Shown one piece after another: positions 32,506-38,223 of a stretch of DNA of 38,223 nucleotides (position 1 is its first letter; each line of letters starts with the position of its first letter). The stretch comes from Candidatus Thorarchaeota archaeon (lineage in GTDB: Archaea; Asgardarchaeota; Thorarchaeia; Thorarchaeales; Thorarchaeaceae), in assembly GCA_029856425.1 (NCBI GenBank), contig JAHQWZ010000002.1, positions 1 to 38,223 of the forward strand, read 5' to 3'. A program made the translations under genes and the position numbers. The notes beneath the pieces are model-generated. The model was not told the DNA's origin. It saw nothing but the letters and a program-made list of their open reading frames with translations, and searched no databases.

Positions 32506-34763
32506 GCGAATCCAAGAGCCTTGACGATATGGCACCAAAACGCAGACGTATGATGGACATGGTCTTGGCACTCGGTGGTCTGAAAGAAGAGTCTGTCATC
32601 CCGCTGAGTAAAGTCAGTGAAGAAATAGCCAATCTTAAGAGCGAGCTAGAACCACTTGCTACCGAAATCCTTGCATTCCCTGATGCCTACTTCGAGCATT
32701 TCCTAGATGCCACAGAGAAGTCTGCTATCATTTCCCGAATCACCAATAAAGGGCTGCTAAAGCAAGCAACATCTTATCTGCAGCAGGCTGTTTCTATCCG
32801 TGACACAGGAGGCACTCGTGGTCTTCTGAATTCGATGAGCAGTGCACTAGAGGTCCTTGAAACCAAAGATGAGATAGAGGATACTGCTGCAGTCAATATC
32901 GAATCCGTTCTGAGCCCCGTATCTGATTTAATCGTACAGATTGAAGACATCGTCACGGGGTATGAGGTTGCTGCAGAAGCCGCTGCTGAATCAGCGCATT
33001 CTGAACTGAAGTCATTGCTCTCCTCGATGTCAGAGGCTGTTTCTGGAATCCAAGGTGATCCCACATCCGCTTTAGATGCTCTTCAGAAGCTGGGAACAAA
33101 GACAAGATATGGACCATTTCTTAGGACTTCGGCTCAAGTCAAGCGAGGGATTCGCGAGGGGCGTATCGATGAGAAGAGAGCGTTACACCTCGTTTCTGAG
33201 AATATACTGATAGAGCTCAGACGTGGAGTAATCATGTTCATCCTGTCCAAGATGGGCTCACGTACAGTCGTTGAAATTAGCAGACTGATGGACTCACATT
33301 CATCCGACATTCAGGCTGCCATAGTAAGTATGATTCAAAGAGGCGAGGTTGAGATGGTTGGTCTCGACGAGGACGCGCCTGTATTCTCACGAGTTCTTGA
33401 AACCGTACCCGATTCTACATTGGTGTTCAAGAGAATACTACAACAGCTCAATGGCATAGGAAAGTCGCTCGAAGGTGACATACACGCCTTTGTTGACCAA
33501 TCAGTAAGAAGAATGGAGTTTCTGCTTGAAAGGCTTCAGAAACTTGGTCAATATGATGAAACGACTCTTGCCGAGGCTCTAAACAGCCTACGTGAAACCG
33601 TTGACCAAGCAACAGAAGCGGTTCTGCAATCCAAGCCCGCTGACAGCTCCGAGGACTTGCGCCTACTTGTTTCTGCAGGTCTTGAGGCTTTTGCAAGATT
33701 CAGACTGAAGATCGCACTCGAAAAGGGTCCTAACCTTGTTTCTGGAACCAATGTCTATGGAGAGAAACTAGACCCAGAAGTCTATGAGAGAATGATGTCA
33801 AGTTATCTGGATAACGAACTTGAACGGGGAACCATTCTAATTCTCATACGTGAACTGGGAGCAATGACTGCAAAGGATCTTGGAGAGAAGACCAACATCC
33901 CCAAAGACCGAATTCTGCAGCATCTGCTTCGAATGAAGAGGGACGAGTTACTCACTTCAGCTGGTGAGAGTCATGGCTATCTTCTCTATGATGTTCCAAG
34001 AACCCCCACAGAGGCAGAGCTCGCAGTTGAAACTGCAAGTTCTCTCGCACTTCAACTCACAGAGGCATCATCCGAATTTGAATCTCTTCTTCAGGAACTG
34101 AGGGCTGAGGACATTGGCAAAGTGGTCAATGCTCTGGACGTCCTATCGAAGGGTCGCGATAAGTTGGTCAAGCTCACGATCGAAGGAAATGTGGTGGGAA
34201 AAGAAATACTCCTGGGGATAGAGGAGAAGATTCGATCAGCCGTGTCACTATCCTACCGCACACGCACCAAAATTCCCAGTACTCGTCCAAAGGTGACATT
34301 GGATGACTTGGCAGAGGTGGACGTTCCATCAGTTCTTGATGAATACAAGGCAATGATGGGCTATGCCCCCTTGCTTGGCTTTGGCACAATTGAGTGGGAT
34401 ATTTCCAAGTGTCTAGGCTGCAAGTCTTGCGAGATTGCATGTCCTGAGGACGCAATTGAACTGAAACCAGTGTTCGAAGTTTCTAAAATCTTTGATATCT
34501 CTGACGAGGCTCTTGACAACCTGCCCGTAAACAGATCGCTCTTCTACAAAACCGTGAAGGGTCTTGCAACTCAAAAGCCAACACGTGATATTGTTCTGGC
34601 AGATGACTCGCCTGGCTTTGGAACAGTCGAAGTTGATCTCTGGTTGTGTGTGGCATGCCGAACATGTGTAAGGCGCTGTCCAGGTCCTGATGAAGGGGCA
34701 CTAGAGCTAGAACTCAAGTGGAGTCTTCCAGAGGTGGTTCGTCAAATCACTAGCAAACATTGA
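32502..34763 (+). CDS. Uncharacterised 753-aa protein: long helical N-terminal region, two winged-helix-like modules and a C-terminal 2x[4Fe-4S] ferredoxin-like domain
   Basis: Its GTG start overlaps the hdrA/mvhD stop (GTGA), with GGAGG upstream. The wHTH-like segments are FILSKMGSRTVVEISRLMDSHSSDIQAAIVSMIQRGEVEMVG (about aa 245-287) and ILILIRELGAMTAKDLGEKTNIPKDRILQHLLRMKRDELL (about aa 445-484). The Cys motifs are CLGCKSCEIACP (aa 637-648) and CVACRTCVRRCP (aa 716-727). Confidence 0.6.
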   Translation: MSESKSLDDMAPKRRRMMDMVLALGGLKEESVIPLSKVSEEIANLKSELEPLATEILAFPDAYFEHFLDATEKSAIISRITNKGLLKQATSYLQQAVSIRDTGGTRGLLNSMSSALEVLETKDEIEDTAAVNIESVLSPVSDLIVQIEDIVTGYEVAAEAAAESAHSELKSLLSSMSEAVSGIQGDPTSALDALQKLGTKTRYGPFLRTSAQVKRGIREGRIDEKRALHLVSENILIELRRGVIMFILSKMGSRTVVEISRLMDSHSSDIQAAIVSMIQRGEVEMVGLDEDAPVFSRVLETVPDSTLVFKRILQQLNGIGKSLEGDIHAFVDQSVRRMEFLLERLQKLGQYDETTLAEALNSLRETVDQATEAVLQSKPADSSEDLRLLVSAGLEAFARFRLKIALEKGPNLVSGTNVYGEKLDPEVYERMMSSYLDNELERGTILILIRELGAMTAKDLGEKTNIPKDRILQHLLRMKRDELLTSAGESHGYLLYDVPRTPTEAELAVETASSLALQLTEASSEFESLLQELRAEDIGKVVNALDVLSKGRDKLVKLTIEGNVVGKEILLGIEEKIRSAVSLSYRTRTKIPSTRPKVTLDDLAEVDVPSVLDEYKAMMGYAPLLGFGTIEWDISKCLGCKSCEIACPEDAIELKPVFEVSKIFDISDEALDNLPVNRSLFYKTVKGLATQKPTRDIVLADDSPGFGTVEVDLWLCVACRTCVRRCPGPDEGALELELKWSLPEVVRQITSKH

Positions 34764-34849
34764 TGCCTAACCACGTCTTTGCCATTTGACAATGGCCTTA
34801 TACCACCTCGTCCTACCAGTGTTAGTTTCAATATCTATGAGGGAGAATA

Positions 34850-36049
34850 ATGGTCGATTTCAGCCTTACAAAAGAACAGATTGATCTACAGAACAGAACA
34901 CGCGAGTTTGCTCAGGAGTATATGATTCCATACGCTCACTACTACGACAAGACAGGTGAGTTTCCCCTACCAATCATCAAGAAATGCTGGGAAGCAGACC
35001 TCATGAACTTGGCAATACCAAAGGAGTATGGTGGTCTGGGCTTAGGTGCTATCGAACAGTGTATTGTTGTCGAAGAGATGGCTGCAGGCTGTGCTGGAAT
35101 GACCACCAGTATCTATGTGAACAGTCTTGGCGCAGAACCAATCTTGATTGCTGGTAACGATGACCAGAAGGAGAAATATCTGCGCCCTCTCACCAAGGAC
35201 CTGAAGTTCGTAAGCTTTGCATGCTCTGAGCCTGGCATGGGCAGTGATGTAGCTGGGATCAAGACACTTGTGAAGAAGGAGGGCGACTACTATGTTCTCA
35301 ATGGTTCCAAGTTCTGGATTACCAATGCACCTCATGCTGACTACTTCACAGTATTTGCCTCTCTTGACCCAAGTCAGAGACACAAGGCATTGTGTGCCTT
35401 TATCGTTGACGCGGACACCCCGGGAGTCAAGACTGGTCGTCCAGTTGAGAAGATGGGCCACAGAGCATCTACTACTTCCTCAGTGATATTTAGAGATGCA
35501 AAGGTCCCTGCTGAGAACCTGCTGGGTAAAGAAGGCATGGGATTCAAGATAGCAATGCAGACCTTCAGTGTGACAAGACCCTCAATTGCTGCTTTTGCTA
35601 CAGGTCTGGCTCGTGCTGCAATGGAGTATGCCAGGGAATACGTCAACAGAAGAGAGGCATTCAATCAGAAATTGAGGGAATTTCAGGTTGTCAGTTACAA
35701 ATTGGGCGATATGTATGCCAAGATCGAAGCTGCACGACTTCTTTATCTAAAGGCTGCCTGGGCGGCTGATAACGGAATGGACCCAACGATTCCGGCCAGT
35801 GTTGCGAAAGTCATGGCAACAGAAAGCGCTATGGAGGTAGCACATCAAGCAGTACAGGTTCATGGAGGATATGGTTACATCGACCAATACCCAGTGGAAA
35901 AGCTGTTCAGAGATGCCAAACTCTATGAGATTTACGAAGGCACAAGTGAAATTCAAAGGCTCGTAATCTCACGGCATGTACTAGACGGTTATACACCCGC
36001 GATGGAAAATATCCCCAAATGGTATAACAAGAATGCTCCAGATTTTTGA
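34850..36049 (+). CDS. Acyl-CoA dehydrogenase (short/medium-chain, butyryl-CoA dehydrogenase-like)
   Basis: It resembles ACADs along its full length: FACSEPGMGSDVAG, GSKFWITNA and the catalytic-Glu region YEIYEGTSEIQRLVISR. GAGGGAG lies upstream of the ATG. Confidence 0.9.
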   Translation: MVDFSLTKEQIDLQNRTREFAQEYMIPYAHYYDKTGEFPLPIIKKCWEADLMNLAIPKEYGGLGLGAIEQCIVVEEMAAGCAGMTTSIYVNSLGAEPILIAGNDDQKEKYLRPLTKDLKFVSFACSEPGMGSDVAGIKTLVKKEGDYYVLNGSKFWITNAPHADYFTVFASLDPSQRHKALCAFIVDADTPGVKTGRPVEKMGHRASTTSSVIFRDAKVPAENLLGKEGMGFKIAMQTFSVTRPSIAAFATGLARAAMEYAREYVNRREAFNQKLREFQVVSYKLGDMYAKIEAARLLYLKAAWAADNGMDPTIPASVAKVMATESAMEVAHQAVQVHGGYGYIDQYPVEKLFRDAKLYEIYEGTSEIQRLVISRHVLDGYTPAMENIPKWYNKNAPDF

Positions 36050-36128
36050 AGCAGAACGGTCATCGCTATTGAGTCAATACATAAAGCAAATACGTCTGAA
36101 ATCGCAGCCAGCAAATGAGTTGGATTGC

Positions 36129-36500
36129 ATGTGGATCAAGCGGTTTGATGACTGTGAGGAGATTGTGGCTTTGGATGGCACGATACTCCGAGAACTACTG
36201 AACCCTCGTCATGAAAAGGAGGACCTGAAGCTAGGCTATAGCATTGCTCATGCCATTGTAAAGCCCGGCAAGTCTTCTATGCCACACAGATTCTTTGAGG
36301 CATCTGAGGTCTACTATATACTTCAAGGTAAAGGAATCATACATATTGATGATGAAACCGCCGAGGTTGCACCAAGCCAAGTGGTCTATATTCCACCAAA
36401 AGGCATTCAATATATCGAGAATACAGGTGACTCAGATCTAGTGTTTCTATGTATAGTATACCCCGCATGGTTTCCAGAGTCTGAAGAGTTGGTGGAGTAG
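36129..36500 (+). CDS. Cupin-domain protein
   Basis: The cupin motifs are GKSSMPHRFFEASEVYYILQGKG and VVYIPPKGIQYIENTG. The ORF opens at 36033 and overlaps the acd end, so ATG 36129 is likely. Confidence 0.65.
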   Translation: MWIKRFDDCEEIVALDGTILRELLNPRHEKEDLKLGYSIAHAIVKPGKSSMPHRFFEASEVYYILQGKGIIHIDDETAEVAPSQVVYIPPKGIQYIENTGDSDLVFLCIVYPAWFPESEELVE

Positions 36501-36512
36501 ATCTCAGGACCG

Positions 36513-37451
36513 TCATTCAGTTTCGAATGGTACGCAGAGGGACGAAGGCGCTCCCACGATACTCTTCACTTTCTGCATGTTCAATAGCACTCCCCAGATG
36601 ACAAGAAAGAGGATTGTAGACATCGATGGCAACATGTTCAGAAAGGCAGTTGGTACACCAAGTGGTTGGAAGGTATAGCGAAGGACATCGAACGCACCAA
36701 AGATGTAGCTCCCTACGAAGGCTCCTGCAGGATGCCACAGTCCAACGACCACTAAGGCAATGACTATCCATCCCCGTGCAGTAGTGATACCTTCGACCCA
36801 CATTGGAATCCATGCAAGAGTCAGATATGCACCACCAAGACCGCACATCATCCCGCCAAATATCACACTCAGATACCTGACTCGAACTACATCAACCCCC
36901 TGTGTGTAAGCCGCCATCGGATTCTCTCCAACACTGCGTATCATTAGCCCATAGCGTGTCTTGAAGAGGAAAAACCAGAGAACTGGGACCATCACATATG
37001 AAAAGTAGACGAGCAAATTCTTGTTGAAGAAGATTGGACCAATAACTGGAATCACACTGAGGCCTGGAATGGCTACAGGTCCAAACGGGACTATTGGCAC
37101 ACCTATTAATCCCAGTCCTAGAATACTACTCAGTCCTGCTCCAAGAATGGTCAGGGATATACCCGAGACAACTTGATTCCGCTTGAATGTTATCGTCACT
37201 CTTGCATGTATAAGTGCTAATACTCCGCCTACTAAAGCTCCAACAAACGCACCAATCCAGAGGCTGCCTGTTATGTGCGCCGCCGCAAAGGCTCCTGCCG
37301 CTCCTGAGATGACCATCCCCTCTACTCCCAAATTCAGTATTCCGGAACGTTCTGACACCATTTCACCCAGTGTTGGTATCAGAAAGAAGGTGGCAGCTAT
37401 CACAATCTGAGATCCTGTCTGCTCAATCGTCACGACGTAACCTCCCTTCAA
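36513..37451 (-). CDS. ABC transporter permease (BMP/simple-sugar or nucleoside family, COG1079-like)
   Basis: It is polytopic and hydrophobic, with the family-typical GEMVSERSGILNLGVEGMV. It overlaps the upstream permease gene by 29 nt. Confidence 0.75.
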   Translation of the reverse strand: MKGGYVVTIEQTGSQIVIAATFFLIPTLGEMVSERSGILNLGVEGMVISGAAGAFAAAHITGSLWIGAFVGALVGGVLALIHARVTITFKRNQVVSGISLTILGAGLSSILGLGLIGVPIVPFGPVAIPGLSVIPVIGPIFFNKNLLVYFSYVMVPVLWFFLFKTRYGLMIRSVGENPMAAYTQGVDVVRVRYLSVIFGGMMCGLGGAYLTLAWIPMWVEGITTARGWIVIALVVVGLWHPAGAFVGSYIFGAFDVLRYTFQPLGVPTAFLNMLPSMSTILFLVIWGVLLNMQKVKSIVGAPSSLCVPFETE

Positions 37452-38223
37452 TTGTGTATCGTAGGAAGAACTCGGTCACAAGGACAAAGAAGAGAATGGC
37501 ACCATTGAAGAGGTTCACAACACCGAATGGCAGTCCTGCAGATTGAATCTCAACGCCTCCTGCCAACAGACCCGCAAAGAAGAGTGCACTGACAATGACT
37601 CCTATCGGATTAAGTCCTCCAAGCCATGCAACAGCAATGCCCGTGAATCCCAGTCCTGTGGAAATCTCCATCCGTAGTCGGTATAGATTGGGGTTTCCTG
37701 CAACCTCACTCACCCCAGCAAGGCCGGCCAGTCCTCCCGAGAGAAGTACTGTGATTATTGCTACCTTGAGGAAGCTCATTCCCATGGACTCCCCAGCCTC
37801 TGGGTTCTCTCCCATCACGTTGATCTCGTAGCCCAGCTTTGTTTCTGTGATGCCCTCTTTGGTTCTGACAAGATAATGATGAATGAGTAATGTCAAGGCA
37901 ACCGCTAAGATGATCATTAGGTGGATTCTAGTAGTGGGGAACAGGGGTATTCGAGCTGCCTCAGGTATCAGTGGTGATTGAGGAAAACCCCAACCCGCTG
38001 GGTCTTGCCAAGGGCCAGTGACAAGGTACTCAACAAGATAAAGTGCAGGGAAGAAGAGAAGAAAGCTAATCACAACATCAGAGCCCTTGAACTGACTCTT
38101 CACTCTAAAAATCGCAATAGGCAGTGCCCAAAGAGCACCAGCAGCAAATCCTGCCAAGAACATGATTGGAATCAGGATTACACTAGGCAGATGCTGTAAG
38201 GAGAATGCTATGCCCGTAGCTGC
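37423..38223 (-). CDS. ABC transporter permease (COG4603-like partner); the N-terminus lies beyond the window edge
   Basis: The frame stays open through nt 38223 (AATGIAFSLQHLPSVILIPIMFLAG...). It has multiple TM helices and is paired with the downstream permease. Confidence 0.7.
   Translation of the reverse strand, partial: AATGIAFSLQHLPSVILIPIMFLAGFAAGALWALPIAIFRVKSQFKGSDVVISFLLFFPALYLVEYLVTGPWQDPAGWGFPQSPLIPEAARIPLFPTTRIHLMIILAVALTLLIHHYLVRTKEGITETKLGYEINVMGENPEAGESMGMSFLKVAIITVLLSGGLAGLAGVSEVAGNPNLYRLRMEISTGLGFTGIAVAWLGGLNPIGVIVSALFFAGLLAGGVEIQSAGLPFGVVNLFNGAILFFVLVTEFFLRYTIEGRLRRDD

Noticed and set aside
1-38223. CRISPR arrays, rRNA genes, or transposase/IS elements
   Set aside because: I saw no regularly spaced direct repeats, no rRNA-like segments and no ORF with transposase or integrase motifs while reading the window. 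This was not verified computationally.

Overview
The window looks like a core chromosomal segment of an archaeon. It has about 46 closely packed genes and is dominated by information-processing functions. I cannot assign the lineage from sequence alone, but PolD means it is not a crenarchaeote, and separate kae1/bud32 genes fit a TACK, Asgard or deep euryarchaeal lineage.

Left to right:
- 3' end of pyrG
- a stand-alone nurA-herA pair
- an ArsR regulator and a DUF460-type nuclease
- an Sm-like protein
- the KEOPS genes kae1 and bud32
- rps15
- a RecJ/Cdc45-like protein with degenerate catalytic motifs
- pcc1
- FAU-1
- the UPF0147 and UPF0148 proteins
- rps3ae
- tRNA-Leu(UAG) and an intron-containing tRNA-Ser(CGA)
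- a sugar-phosphate mutase and an AbrB/PhoU regulator
- a replication and transcription block: PolD small subunit, orc1/cdc6, an rRNA-type methylase, csl4, rpoL, tfs, pcna, priS and gins
- an hdrC-hdrB-hdrA'-hdrA/mvhD cluster with a translationally coupled 753-aa orphan, then acyl-CoA dehydrogenase, a cupin and two ABC permeases

I found no CRISPR array, integrase, transposase or rRNA.

The most unusual items:
- the 753-aa helical / double winged-helix / ferredoxin protein coupled to the Hdr genes (the best candidate for something undescribed)
- the duplicated hdrA architecture next to a beta-oxidation gene
- tandem ORB-like repeats upstream of orc1
- a decayed copy of the tRNA-Ser 3' half that brackets a small membrane-protein ORF
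- a 54-codon zinc-ribbon ORF absent from the ORF track
- an Arg/Asp/Ser-rich tail on Csl4
- an in-frame stop in pyrG

All family assignments come from reading motifs in the translations. No database search was run.
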